Part shown: piece after piece, positions 25,451 to 39,800 of the stretch
How the letters are laid out: the number at the start of each line of letters is the position of its first letter
Position numbering within the stretch: the stretch's first letter is position 1
Assembly (NCBI RefSeq): GCF_902652985.1
Contig: NC_047032.1
Location: 30,442,001-30,506,000, forward strand
Origin: Pecten maximus
Taxonomy: Eukaryota
Reading direction: 5' to 3'
DNA length: 64,000 bases
Notes under the pieces: model-generated
The model's database searches: none
What the model saw: the letters and a program-made list of their open reading frames with translations, nothing else
What the model was told of the DNA's origin: nothing
Position numbers and translations under genes: made by a program

Positions 25451-26959
25451 TCACATAGACCCTCGTCCCGGTTTAGAGCTGTCAATTTGCAGCGTATACA
25501 GATGGCTTCCTCCACCTGCCGCCTCAAAAATGGTTCTATCCGTCAAAGACTTTTGACTTTTGACATGTCACATTTATTTACCTTTTATGTCTGTAGGTGT
25601 CGTACCATACATTGCTTAATGCACGAAGAAGAGCAAACTCGTACATGTTCATAAAAATAACAATAACTCGGCAGAGAAATATTTAATCTGCTTAGTCGTA
25701 ACCGATGAAAAGAACACAAATATGTAAAGGATACCCATTGAATTTCAAACACGTGACACGCACATAGGAAATATAGAATAACTTAGTTAAAGTATTGCTT
25801 TTGAAATATCGATGATAATGTTATAATGAACTTGTAGACACTGAGCGGTATTTTATCGATTGTGTCCTCCTATCGTCAAGCTCCTCTTTTACACATTTGT
25901 GTCAAGCAGTCGACCAAGGAATTTTTTTATTCATAAACTCATTACAGATAATTGCGCTTAAAATGTACTTCCTTATAATTTCTAAATTTAATTGAAGCTG
26001 TACATGACTATCAAAAATACAGAAATACGTTAAAATGAAATTGCTATTTTCACAAAATAAATTGATGTAATCAAATTAAGACTGATTGCCACAAACGTTT
26101 TCGTATGCATAGTACTACGTAATTAAGTTAAGCAATAGGGAAAACATTATATCGAGACGTGATACAAAAATTAAAGTACCATGCTACAGTTCCGATGGAA
26201 TGTCTGCCAGCTGTACTTTGACGAATATGAATTGGATACACGTAGATACAGGTATTTCCTGGAGGAACATGTATAGCTTTACTCCGTGTTGGTTTTTAAT
26301 AACTTACAAGGTTTTCGAGTTATGACCATTTTAAACATTTTAGGTATGACGTCATGGCGGTCATGGTGGATTCCTGAACTTCTTATTAATAAATTACCAC
26401 ACTCCTTTGACATATGCCATACAATGTAAGAGAAATGCCATTGAAGAAGAAGAAGGAGAAGAAGAAGAAGAAGACGACGACAATGGGTCTAATACCCTAA
26501 TAAAACAAGGGCGAATCTACAGAGAATATTGACATGATAACGAAATCATAATTCTAACTAAAAATCGATAAAACGACGACAAAATATGAACGTAAATGCA
26601 TTTGTATTGAGACATTTGGTAACGTACAAGGGAAATACGACCAGGTGTTCCCGCTAGAGTAAACGTCTTCTGTGCCATCAATGACACAGCAATAAAAAAC
26701 TAAAGATCAAATCCAGGTTAAGTCACACTCTTGAAATCATATTTGTGGTGTTGTCAACGGAAGATTTAGGTGTTTCAAAAAGCATGGAATACGCCTGTAT
26801 ATATCGCACAAGGACATAGACTATTTAATGTATATGAATTAAAAACATGGACTATTACAGAATTTAATTACATATCATAAAACGACGATATGTTGTTTCC
26901 GTAGTTACATTTCTGCTTTGATAATTACCATTTTGCACCTTTTACATGTATCGATAATA

Positions 26960-27046
26960 TACTTGGTTATATCAACCTAAGAAAAACTATCAACCGGGGA
27001 CGTAGACCGAAGTCAATATTTTTTCTTTGGTCGAAATAACCATGTA
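26960..27046. mobile_element. Palindromic terminus of a non-autonomous DNA element (Crypton-like)
   Basis: Imperfect arms of about 36 bp, TACTTGGTTATATCAACCTAAGAAAAA / TTTTTCTTTGGTCGAAATAACCATGTA, around a GGACGTAGACCG core. Family assignment is inference. Confidence 0.5.
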
Positions 27047-28540
27047 TCGACCGATTTTTAAATGCTATAATTGCAGTGTTATTTTTCTTGATTTTGTAGA
27101 AAAAAAAACTCTTTATATCGGGCGATATAGACTTAAACGTTAGTTCAAAGTAATTATCATTTGGTAGAAGTGGCAAAAAATCAAGAAAAAATAATAATGT
27201 TTGACATCTTAAAAGATCTTTATACTGACACGATACTGAATCGAGATATCAGACAGTTGGAGCTGTACATGTATTACAGTGTTATATAATTCCGGAGATC
27301 ATGCTGACGAACACTAGGTGTGTGACGTTATATAACGTTCTTGCATTGTGAATGTTGAGCTTAGGTTTTGCTTTTTATTATTTTTGTTTTTGACGATTTC
27401 GTTCGTTTTAAGCTAATGCTACACAAAGTGGTGATTGGGTACTGTATCGAGTCGAATAATACACTATAATGAAGACAAAAAGTAGTATATGAACAGGTTT
27501 GTTCAGCGAACATTTTCTAACGCTAATGACGGGTAGAAGTATTGCAATAACTGTCGTCAATGGGTACATGTACGCCCGCATCCGGCTATAGCCATATCAG
27601 TAAACATCTCTGGATGGCTATATCACTCGATCAAAGTACAACTTGCTCAGCGGCTATCATCTACATTTGAGTTCATTTAAATTAGTTTGAAAAGTAACGT
27701 CGATGATTTTGGAAGCACTTAAAGATGTTTGAGTTTTTACGGGGATTATCTGGTATATTCCAACAATTAATTTTAGTTTTGTATAAAAGAATAATTTGTA
27801 AGACTGAGATCTGACCTAGATTAGTATGGCGGATGAAACAGAAGACCCTTTGGATCACTTGACCGTATTCACACTGTACTTAGTTCATATTTTGCGGTAA
27901 ATCGATTTTGAGTTGGTATTATGAGTTCGTTTTTTATGTCCGTATCCCGTAATGGAAGCTGGCTTTTTGGGATAATACGATTTTGGTAAAATGATTACGA
28001 TGATTATGATGATTATGATTATAATGATTGCGTTGCTCAGTAGGTGATTAAAACTAAAATTTATAGCGCGGTTCCATCCAGACAAACAAGGGTTAAAAAC
28101 ATAAGTTGATAATAGCCAAACTAGTTTTTTGTTCAGATACAGAACAAACAAAACTATATCATTTATAGTTTTAGTCACCTACTGTGCAACTCAAATATTA
28201 TACTAAAAAACTAGCTTCCATTACGATCCTCTACCCATCTCATCTTATGAACACTATAGCAAGCATACCAACATAAAAACGAACCATAATACCAAAACAA
28301 AATCCGAGGGAGTCTTATGGAGGAGAAAACACAAGTGGTCATGTAGATGACCCTATATTTATTCACGTCCGACTGGGTAATCGAACTTTGGTCGACTAGC
28401 TCCAGGCCAGGTGTGTTGCCACTGCGACCGCCAAGTAAGCTACTTGACTACTGAATTTTGTTTCAGGGCGGAAAAAGAGACGATTACATCGGTATTCATA
28501 AGTCTGACGCCAACCGCAAGCAAGTTCCGCCCTGATTTTG

Positions 28541-28988
28541 AGGCGGAAAGAAAGAGACGATAATATCGTTATTCATAAGTCTAAACTTGGTGACAACGGT
28601 GTGTAAAGGTTTAGGTATTATATATCCCATTTATACAGTCCAATCAATAATTCACACAATTGGTTGTAAAAAATACGGAATGTGTGTACCAAACGGAACA
28701 AATATAAAGTGCAAAGCAACTAGCTTTTCGTTTGTTTTTTGCTTTGTATTCTATTTTTGTATTTACCGGACCGCCATTTTCAATCCTAGTTGTTACCGGA
28801 ATGAAGCCCGGAATTGTAAATAATCGTAATTGTGTGTCTCTTAGCGCTACTTTATTTGGATCTAATGATGTATACATAGGAATGAGGTAATAACATGACG
28901 ACGTTTAACACTTTAACGTAAATTTGCTGCTTGCCATGATCAAATCCTGACTTTGAAAATGTGACATTCTGCGCAGTGTAAGTCCGCC
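28541..28988 (+). mobile_element. MITE-like dispersed repeat with short TIR AGGCGGA/TCCGCCT
   Basis: Homologous (inverted) to 18062-18555; short inverted termini; preceded by a miniature of about 70 bp with the same ends. Confidence 0.7.
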
Positions 28989-31434
28989 TTGGGAAGTTAG
29001 AGGTTACACGGCGCCTGTCATAAGTTTCTCGCCGTGTTATTCTTTAACATTGTTGGAGTACCAATAAGCGACATTATTATTGCAATACGTTGATTAATGG
29101 TGGTATCGCTTTGGTAACTGCAGTATACGTAATTGTCACACAGTCACACTTCCTGCACGTGAAATTTGTCCCTCTTCAGGAAATGAACTCCGATATGTAA
29201 TGTACTTTTCAATAGGAACAAATTATCAAAGTAAAAAGGAAAATCAAGTTTTCCGTTTCCATTATTCCAATGATTATACACCAGAGATATCAGAGATATT
29301 GCGCACGTCGCAAACACAGTCCTCATTATTAACCGCTGTGTCCATAGTAACGTTAATTGCATTTCAGGAAAGTGATCGTAGTTCAGATTGACATGGTGTA
29401 GACAGGAAAGTAACATGCCTGAATCCAGGCATACGACCTGGTGACGTTCTTACGCCTCTCTCTATAATGAATGATGGTGCCGGCATCACGGCACTTCCGG
29501 AAGTCTAACGGCGCCTTTTACTCGATTAGACAGGACGTGTATGAAGCTAATTCATGTCTTACGCAATCTGTCCTTTGAAGAAGAAAAATGCATCTATATA
29601 CAATAAATATGCCTAGTTTTTTCAGCGCTGACTAGACAGATTATCTATCTCATTGTTTATATGACACGTTACGCGGTACCCAATAGTTTAGAATGTCCAT
29701 ATGTATATGTCACAAAATATCTCCAACGATACGAACGATTTTAATATAGATAAATATGATTACATCATGAAGTCTAATATTTTTCGCATGCAAAATTAAT
29801 AGAAAAGACCCTTCTAGAATCTCGATACCGTCATATGTAATATAAATGTTTCGTCTTTGATGGAGGTGAATATGGAAATTTATCCATACGAGCATTGTGA
29901 TTGTATTAACCGATACAGAGACTGTATCATAGTTTAAGGTTTGTTTGATATATGTTTCTCCAAGTTTAAGACGTTGATAATTGTATCATTGTCTTATGAA
30001 AATAAACATTGTTGGTGCTTTTTTTCATCACATGGCTATATAGTAAAGTATTTAACATATAGCATTGTTCCCAAGCTTATCTGAAAATGACCGAAACAAA
30101 AGTATGAAGTCACAAAAGTGGTATTAACAGGTAAGGGGTCGATATCCGCAAAAATACAAAATAACAAAAGCCTGATCATAACGAACGGTATTAAACTAGA
30201 GCCTGGATAATATACATTGTACATGTACAACACAAATTTATAAAATTAAAGATTTTACAAACAATTGACCGACTTGTAAACACTTAAAAAGTTAATACTT
30301 ATGTTCACAATATTTTCTTTTATCAGTATCGGCATTTAGAAATTCAGATACAATCATTTACTTTGCGTGATCAAGGTTCAAATTTATTTTGACGTTAAGT
30401 TTGTCCGTGGACAACAAAGCCATTTGCAAAGGCGGTAAATATGTATAAATATATTCCTACGCGGCGAATAAGAAGATTTAATTATCAATTAATCAATCAA
30501 AAACAAGATATTATGCTGACAAAACGTTTCCTGACGTTTATGACAACATCTTTCACAAGACACCTTCATTGACCTCGTCGGCACCCTTTTGTTGCGTTTG
30601 AACTGATGTTTAAATTATCAACAATGTTGTGTATTTGATTGTATTTATCATCCATTGTCATCACTGTCATTGTACATGTCGGTATTTGGATCATGTGTTG
30701 TTTTACCGAATTTTGAGTTACAGAATTACTGTTACACGTCGGTATTGTTGTTCTTGTTTTCACTCAAGAGATTGGAGGACAAAATAGACTTGGAACTTAA
30801 TAACCAATTACAGCGCTGATCACTTAACTGTATCCTGTTTGAACCTCCCCGTCCTTCTGAACACATAATGGCATTATCACAGATGATCACTTAACTGTAT
30901 TTTGTTTGTCGTAATGACCATTGACAGCTGACCACTTAAATTCAGTCTTCAAATTAGTCAAATTAGCGATATTTCTATCATCTGGTAATACAAAAGAATT
31001 GTGTAATTTAGGAAAATTTGTTCATTATGCAAGAATATTACGAGGAAATTATTTAGCAGAAATTTAGATTTTGTATGATTGACCCTGGACACATTCATTG
31101 TAATTTAATGTATGAAAATCTTATATCTATGAACTGTATCAATTTACGATTAATATCGAATTGAATCAATTGAATCAGTATTTTGTTTGAGGTAATAACC
31201 AGTCACAGCTGACCACTTAACTGTATGTCATTTGAACCACCCCCTCCTTCTGAACACAGGGTTGGGATCAATGTTGATTTAAAAGTGGACGAATCATGGA
31301 CGTTGATATCTTTCCCATATAATTGTAATCTACCTGTTTAAAGCTCTCAGTGGGAAAATGTCATGCTGCTGGAATATGGCATAATCTCTTTATACTCAGG
31401 GGACTTAATGGAAATCCATATTTTTATTTTTATT

Positions 31435-31700
31435 TTGTCCTTACTTTCTTGATTTTGTTGAAGAAACTCAACCTTCCGGAAAATCAAAAGTCCATATTTT
31501 TGTTTCTTTATGGCCATCTCTTTCTCGATTTTAAGAAGAAACCCAACCTTCCAGATCATCAACAATCCATACTTTCGTTTCATTTTGGCTCCCACTTTCT
31601 TGATTTTGCGGAAGAGACTCAAACCTCCAGAATATCCTAAATCCCTTTTTTGTTGCCCTCACTTTCTTGATTTTGCGGATGAAACTCAACCTTGCGGAAC
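31435..31700. repeat. Degenerate tandem repeat, about 70 bp, 4 copies
   Basis: Recurrent ACTTTCTTGATTTTGCGGA.GAAACTCAACCT. Confidence 0.7.
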
Positions 31701-33659
31701 ATCTGGTCTTTGGCCTTTGTCCGTTATGAATGAGCAATTGATTCAATGTTAGAGTAGCGACTCTATTTGAATTGGACGTAGTCTTGTTGTTTTAGCAGTG
31801 CTATTGCATCATTATTTTGTTCTAATGTTTCTCGGAACATCGTCGTACACATACGTTACACAGACCTTCACTACAGATGTTGAGGACACGGCTTCCTTTC
31901 TACATAGAAAGCCAATATGGACATAAATGATGACAAATCACCAATCATATTTCCCTCGAGCTTTATTTGATTTCCAAAGAATCTCGTGAAACTGCATGAT
32001 TGACTCTAGATCAATCCCGATATTATTCTACGTAGACCGAGCCTGATGATTATCTAAGTAAATCAAGTCTGGCTGATCGTGTAGGACACTGCGGTTAAAA
32101 TATACACAATGTACACAATGGACAAGTCCTTCCACTAATCTGTCTGAAACTCCACACCATTGTTATAATGGAACCTTACAGTACAATGTTATCCATCTCT
32201 GATTGTGACGTCATACACGATGTGCATTGACATCATGAATATACTTTCTTACAACTACAGTGTACTTGTATATCAAACTCAGCTGAATTGGTTTTTAGTG
32301 TTTTTGAATAAAGAAAGTTATTTTCTCAGTTTCGGCATGTTTTAAAATCTCATCATTTTACACTGCTAAACAGAAGAATATCCATTTATGTGAGCTAGTT
32401 CACTCCATGGACTGTCAGGGGACAGAATATTTGTTAACCATTAAATACCTATTAAGCGAAGCTCAAACATACCTTAAATTAAAGCTCCTTTTGAGTTATG
32501 ATGATTCCTTGGCTAACGATATTTTACAGAGGACTCTCATTTGCTATATGGAAGTGGTAATGGGTGAAATAAACTGGCCTGTTTAATAGCTTGAGGCGTC
32601 GATTAAAGCCGGATATAATTTGTCTTTGTACAGTTTTACATTATAGCAATGTTTTGCCAAATTCTTTTAGCGAAGCTCAATTGAGAGCGGAATTGATTCG
32701 AACGAATTATAGAAGTTGCAATATAATGTCTATATTATCAGAACACCTGATTTTTAATCCCTCAGTCATTGGGTCCATTCTGTTGTTTTTTAAGTTTTGC
32801 CCTCGTTTAATCGATCATGAGTCAGAATTATAGCTTTGTTTACATGCCTTCATTGTCTTGAATGTTTAAGTGTGGGCGTGTGAAGGCCATGCCAGAAGGA
32901 TTAAAGTATTACAGCCGATATTTACGTTAATAGACTCCGATAACGAATTCCATGTTTTTAAGAAGGCCTGGAGTATCCTATTATGAGGCATGTTATAACA
33001 AGGCATTGAGTAGATAGATCCTGGGCTATGTAAATGACCCTGGTGTATATTTGTCAGTAGAGAGTATTATACCATCGTATTTTGCACGTTGGAACATTAA
33101 TCACACAATTGCTCTGCTATGATTTTTGGCAATAGAACAACAAACACTTTGGTTGTCGAAAATTAAGCATTTATTAAAATGCCAGTTATCTGTTCACAAA
33201 CCAAAAATGACGGGGGTTTCTTAACAATAAAACGCCCCAAAGACATGCAAGTAAGCTTTTTACATTTTAAATGCAAGTAAAACAATAATATCAATTGACA
33301 TACGTGTATTCATACAAGTAATATTTTACATAATGCATACAATAAAACCATAATATGAAATGCAATCCACCCTACATCCTAACTTTAGGAGGACATAAAA
33401 AGCAGAGGAGGAGGTGGGTATTTGAAAATTACTTGGAAATTCTCTGTAGTAGTCACGTGATCATCCACATCAAACATCACGTGACTACCAATCCTGGAAG
33501 ATACTATAACCCGAAACGGAAAATCTTATCCATCCGGAAACTATAGCAAATGCCACAAATAACTAATAACAAAACCAGACTACTATATCAGTCCGGAAAC
33601 TCAACTGATTACATATTAAATGGATAATATCAATTACTTTATGTTTTACATAAATCCAA

Positions 33660-33905
33660 ATATACTCCAGGGAGATCTTAATGTATATTTTTCAGTGGAG
33701 AGCCATATTTGTTATTAGAGAGCAATATTTGTTAGTAGAGAGCAATATTTGTTAGTAGAGAGTAATATACTCTAGGGAGACCTGAATGTATATTTGTCGG
33801 TAGAAAACAATATTTGTCATTATAGGGTAATGCACTCCAAGGCGACCTAAATGCATATTGGTCAGTAGAAAGCAACATTTGTCAGTAGAGAGCAACATTT
33901 GTCAT
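33660..33905. repeat. Degenerate 20-bp repeat region
   Basis: Recurrent GAGAGCAATATTTGT(T/C)AGTA. Confidence 0.7.
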
Positions 33906-34364
33906 AAAGCATTATTATATGATTGGTATGTAACGCTATCACTCATTGGTGGTCCTAATGAGATCACATGACATCAATTATTTCCTTGGAAATACCTCAT
34001 GACATCACCAAGGATCGGAGTCAAAATAATGTTTTGTCAGTCCGTAAATAGAAGAGTATTCCGTTTGTACGTTCCCAGTCACCATAGCATATCCTTGACA
34101 TCTAACCTTATTGGAACAATTTAATAATTTTATGATTTAAAGACAAATGCGATGTTTACAAACTACAACTATTTAAACAAGGCTATGTAAACCTTAACCA
34201 ACAACAGTTTAATAGCATTGTTTTTTTTTTTTTTTTTTTTTATCATTGTGGCCCCTAAATGATCAACGATAGTTTTCGTGGTCGGCGTCTAATACATTAT
34301 CCTCTGATAGTGAGATATTGGCCAGTAAACTGGTGTTTCCGACGGCGACTGTATATTGATCCGG

Positions 34365-35600
34365 TCTGATCCGACTTGTTGTCGTTAACCGGGGCTCTGG
34401 TATTATCGTTCCGGCCTGTCCTGGACTTGTTGTCGTGGACTGGCGTTCTCAGGCTGTCGTTACGGCCTGTCCTGGACTTGTTGTCGTCGACTGGTATTCT
34501 GGAAATGTCGTGCCGGCCTGTCCTTGACTTGTTGTCGTGGACTGGTGTTCTGGGACTGTCGTTACGGCCTGTCCTTCACTTGTTGTCGTGGACTGGTGTT
34601 CTCGGACTGTCGTTACGGCCTGTCCTGGACTTGTTGTCGTGGACTGGTGTTCTGGTAATGTCGTTTCGGCCTGTCTGGACTTGTTGTCGTGGACTGGTGT
34701 TCTCGGAGTGTCATGCCGGCCTGTCCTGGACTTGTTGTCGTGGACTGGTGTTCTGGTAATGTCGTTTCAGCCTGTCTGGACTTGTTGTCGTGGACTGGTG
34801 TTCTGGTAATGTCGTTTCGGCCTGTCTGGACTTGTTGTCGTGGACTGGTGTTCTGGTAATGTCGTTTCGGCCTGTCTGGACTTGTTATCGTGGACTGGTG
34901 TTCTGGTAATGTCGTTTCGGCCTGTCTTGACTTGTTGTCGTGTACTGGTGTTCTGGGACTGTCGTTCCGGCCTGTCCTGGACTTGTTGTCGTGGACTGGT
35001 GTTCTCGGACTGTCGTTACGGCCTGATCTGACTTGTTGTCGTGGACTGGTGTTCTGGGACTGTCGTTCCGGCCTGTCCTGGACTTGTTGTCGTGGACTGG
35101 TGTTCTTGGACTGTCGTTACGGCCTGTCCTTGACTTGTTGTCGTGGACTGGTGTTCTCGGAGTGTCATGCCGGCCTGTCCTTGACTTGTTGTCGTGGACT
35201 GGTGTTCTCGGACTGTCGTTACGGCCTGATCTGACTTGTTGTCGTGGACTGGTGTTCTGGGACTGTCGTTACGGCCTGTCCTTGACTTGTTGTCGTGGAC
35301 TGGTGTTCTCGGAGTGTCATGCCGGCCTGTCCTTGACTTGTTGTCGTGGACTGGTGTTCTCGGATTGTCGTTACGGCCTGTCCTGGACTTGTTGTCGTGG
35401 ACTGGTGTTCTGGGACTGTCGTTACGGCCTGTCTGGACTTGTTGTCGTGGACTGGTGTTCTGGGAATGTCGTTTCGGCCTGTCCCGGGCTTGTTGTCGTG
35501 GACTGGTATTCTGGGACTGTCGTTACGGTCTGTCCCGGAATTGTTGTAGTGGGCTGGTGTTCTAGGAATATCGTTCCGGCCTGTCCTGGACTTGTTGTTG
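34365..35600. repeat. 50/51-bp satellite, about 24 copies
   Basis: Unit GACTTGTTGTCGTGGACTGGTGTTCTGGGACTGTCGTTACGGCCTGTCCTG; produces the overlapping LDLLSWTGVLGLSLRPV ORFs. Confidence 0.95.
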
Positions 35601-36814
35601 TGTATTTGCGTTTTCATTTAATCATATCTTTATTGCCATATATCAAAGCAAAAATGATTGGACTTCACGTCATAACAACACTATTAAAGCCCTTTCCCAA
35701 ATAATTACAAAAGTTCAAAATTTGGCAAAAAAAAAAAAAAAATGAAAGTCATCAATTGAGTATATTTGTGACATTGTTCTCCGAAGATTCAAAAGCAAAG
35801 AAAGTGAAAAAGTAAAAAATATATACCCTCTTAAATCTATTGCTGGTTTTTATAGACATGTGCACATTTCTGAATATACTAATGCTTGTGTCTAAGGGCA
35901 GATGTTAATTTCCACAAAGAGGTAAACTTCGTGTGTTCCGGAAATGTCGTTCCGGGAATTAGATATATCCGTGAAATCTGTCTATCTAAATCAGTATTTA
36001 AGAATGCAGGTAAGGGTATATCTTAATGGCTAATTTATAGATAATTTTTAGACAAATCCCGCCTCTTTTATCCTCCAGTTTTGTTTTTCTTAAACAAAAG
36101 AATTGGAAAATCACCCTAAGTGAAATTTTGACATATTATAATAATTATGCAATTTAGTTTTCTCCAATTTGACATATTGTTGTTAATTAATTCCTACTGA
36201 GTAACCCCATATAACTGTTGAGAAAGTCGCGAAAGGATACAAATGAAGTCTTTAAATACGGACTTCGAAGCAATCTTCGTTTTACATTATTGTAACGACT
36301 TTAAAATTAGCTGTCACAATGTTCACGTCAAACGACAATTATCAGAGCTCGACATTTGAGTCCGCCATTCTGTTCGAACATTTTAAATACCATACAGTTG
36401 TTCTTTTTCTTGAGTGGCCTTGATATCTTTTAGCTGATATAATATGACATAACTTTTTAAGTGTCCCCCTTTGATACATAAAACGTACTTCAAATATTGT
36501 AAATGTTAAAGTATCGTCTGAACAATAAATCGAGGTGTTGTAAAGATAAAACTTAAAATACTATATAGGAGACGATTTTAAAAAAATAGCACCGGTACTT
36601 GATGTTCTTCGTGACAATCTTCGTTATAGTTTGATGCGTGAACTTGGTACAAGTCGTAATTCATGTGCATTAAATGGAAATCAAATATTGATACCTATAT
36701 ACATATAACGAACATGCCATCAGACCACAAAAAACGACACAGAATACCACCAAGCAATTCTAACTTGAAATCGAAACTGTTAATGTTACTATTGTTTGCG
36801 TATCTTAACAACGT

Positions 36815-39800
36815 ACAATAATATCTCTCACAGTCAGTATAACACCTCCCACTATCAGTATAACATCTCCCACTATCAGTATAACACCTCCCACTATCAG
36901 TATAACACCTCCCACTATCAGTATAACATCTCCCACAGTCAGTATAACATCTCCCACAGTCAGTATAACATCTCCCACTGTCAGTATAACACCTCCCACA
37001 GTCAGTATAACACCTCCCACTATCGGTATAACATCTCCCACTATCAGTATAACACCTCCCACTATCAGTATAACACCTCCCACTATCAGTATAACATCTC
37101 CCACAGTCAGTATAACACCTCACACTGTCAGTATAACACCTCCCACTGTCAGTATAACATCTCCCACAGTCAGTATAACACCTCCCACAGTCAGTATAAC
37201 ACCTCACACTGTCAGTATAACACCTCCCACAGTCAGTATAACATCTCCCACAGTCAGTATAACACCTCCCACAGTCAGTATAACACCTCACACTGTCAGT
37301 ATAACATCTCCCACAGTCAGTATAACATCTCCCACAGTCAGTATAACACCTCCCACAGTCAGTATAACACCTCCCACAGTCAGTATAACACCTCACACTG
37401 TCAGTATAACATCTCCCACGGTCAGTATAACATCTCCCACAGTCAGTATAACACCTCCCACAGTCAGTATAACACCTCACACTGTCAGTATAACACCTCC
37501 CACAGTCAGTATAACATCTCCCACAGACAGTATAACACCTCCCACAGTCAGTATAACACCTCACACTGTCAGTATAACACCTCCCACAGTCAGTATAACA
37601 TCTCCCACAGTCAGTATAACACCTCCCACAGTCAGTATAACATCTCCCACAGTCAGTATAACATCTCCCACAGTCAGTATAACATCTCACACAGTCAGTA
37701 TCTCCCACAGTAAGTATAACACCTCCCACAGTCAGTATAACATCTCCCACAGTCAGTATAACATCTCACACAGTCAGTATAACATCTCACACAGTCAGTA
37801 TAACATCTCCCACAGTCAGTATAACATCTCCCACAGTCAGTATAACATATCCCACAGTCAGTATAACATCTCCCACAGTCAGTATAACATCTCACACAGT
37901 CAGTATAACATCTCCCACAGTCAGTATAACACCTCCCACAGTCAGTATAACATCTCACACAGTCAGTATAACATCTCCCACTGTCAGTATAACATCTCCC
38001 ACAGTCAGTATAACATCTCCCACAGTCAGTATAACATCTCCCACAGTCAGTATAACACCTCCCACAGTCAGTATAACACCTCACACAGTCAGTATAACAT
38101 CTCTCACAGTCAGTATAACATCTCACACAGTCAGTATAACATCTCCCACAGTCAGTATAACATCTCGCACAGTCAGTATAACATCTCCAACAGTCAGTAT
38201 AACATCTCCCACTGTCAGTATAACATCTCCCACAGTCAGTATAACATCTCACACAGTCAGTATAACATCTCCCACAGTCAGTATAACATCTCCCACAGTC
38301 AGTATAACACCTCCCACAGTCAGTATAACATCTCCCACAGTCAGTATAACATCTCGCACAGTCAGTATAACATCTCCAACAGTCAGTATAACATCTCCCA
38401 CTGTCAGTATAACATCTCCCACAGTCAGTATAACATCTCCCACAGTCAGTATAACATCTCCCACAGTCAGTATAACATCTCCCACAGTCAGTATAACACC
38501 TCCCACAGTCAGTATAACATCTCCCACAGTCAGTATAACACCTCCCACAGTCAGTATAACATCTCCCACAGTCAGTATAACACCTCCCACAGTCAGTATA
38601 ACATCTCCAACAGTCAGCATAACATCTCCCACAGTCAGTATAACACCTCACACAGTCAGTATAACACCTCCTACAGTCAGTATAACACCTCCCACAGTCA
38701 GTATAACATCTCCCACAGTCAGTATAGCATCTCCCACAGTCAGTATAACATCTCCCACAGTCACTATAACATCTCCCACAGTCAGTATAACATATCCCAC
38801 AGTCAGTATAACACCTCCCACAGTCAGTATGACATCTCCCACAGTCAGTATAACATCTCCCACAGTCAGTATAACATCTCCCACAGTCAGTATAACATCT
38901 CCCACAGTCAGTATAACATCTCCCACAGTCAGTATAACACCTCCCACAGTCAGTATAACATCTCCCACAGTCAGTATAACACCTCCCACAGTCAGTATAA
39001 CATCTCCCACAGTCAGTATAACACCTCCCACAGTCAGTATAACATCTCCAACAGTCAGCATAACATCTCCCACAGTCAGTATAACACCTCACACAGTCAG
39101 TATAACACCTCCTACAGTCAGTATAACACCTCCCACAGTCAGTATAACATCTCCCACAGTCAGTATAGCATCTCCCACAGTCAGTATAACATCTCCCACA
39201 GTCACTATAACATCTCCCACAGTCAGTATAACATCTCCGACAGTCAGTATAACACCTCACACAGTCAGTATAACATCTCCCACAGTCAGTATAACATCTT
39301 CCACAGTCAGTATAACATCTCCCACTGTCAGTATAACATCTCCCACAGTCAGTATAACATCTCCCACAGTCAGTATAACATCTCCCACTGTCAGTATAAC
39401 ATCTCACACAGTCAGTATAACATCTCCCACAGTCAGTATAACATCTCCCACAGTCAGTATAACATCTCCCACTGTCAGTATAACATCTCACACAGTCAGT
39501 ATAACATCTCCCACTGTCAGTATAACATCTCACACAGTCAGTATAACATCTCCCACAGTCAGTATAACACCTCCCACAGTCAGTATAACATCTCCCACAG
39601 TCAGTATAACACCTCCCACAGTCAGTATAACACCTCCCACAGTCAGTATAACATCTCCCACAGTCAGTATAACATCTCCAACAGTCAGTATAACATCTCC
39701 CACTGTCAGTATAACATCTCCCACAGTCAGTATAACATCTCCCACAGTCAGTATAACATCTCCCACAGTCAGTATAACATCTCCCACAGTCAGTATAACA

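Noticed and set aside
34376-35704. Leucine-rich-repeat-like ORFs (LDLLSWTGVLGLSLRPV)
   Set aside because: Product of the 51-bp satellite; frequent 50-bp units shift the frame, which is incompatible with coding selection.
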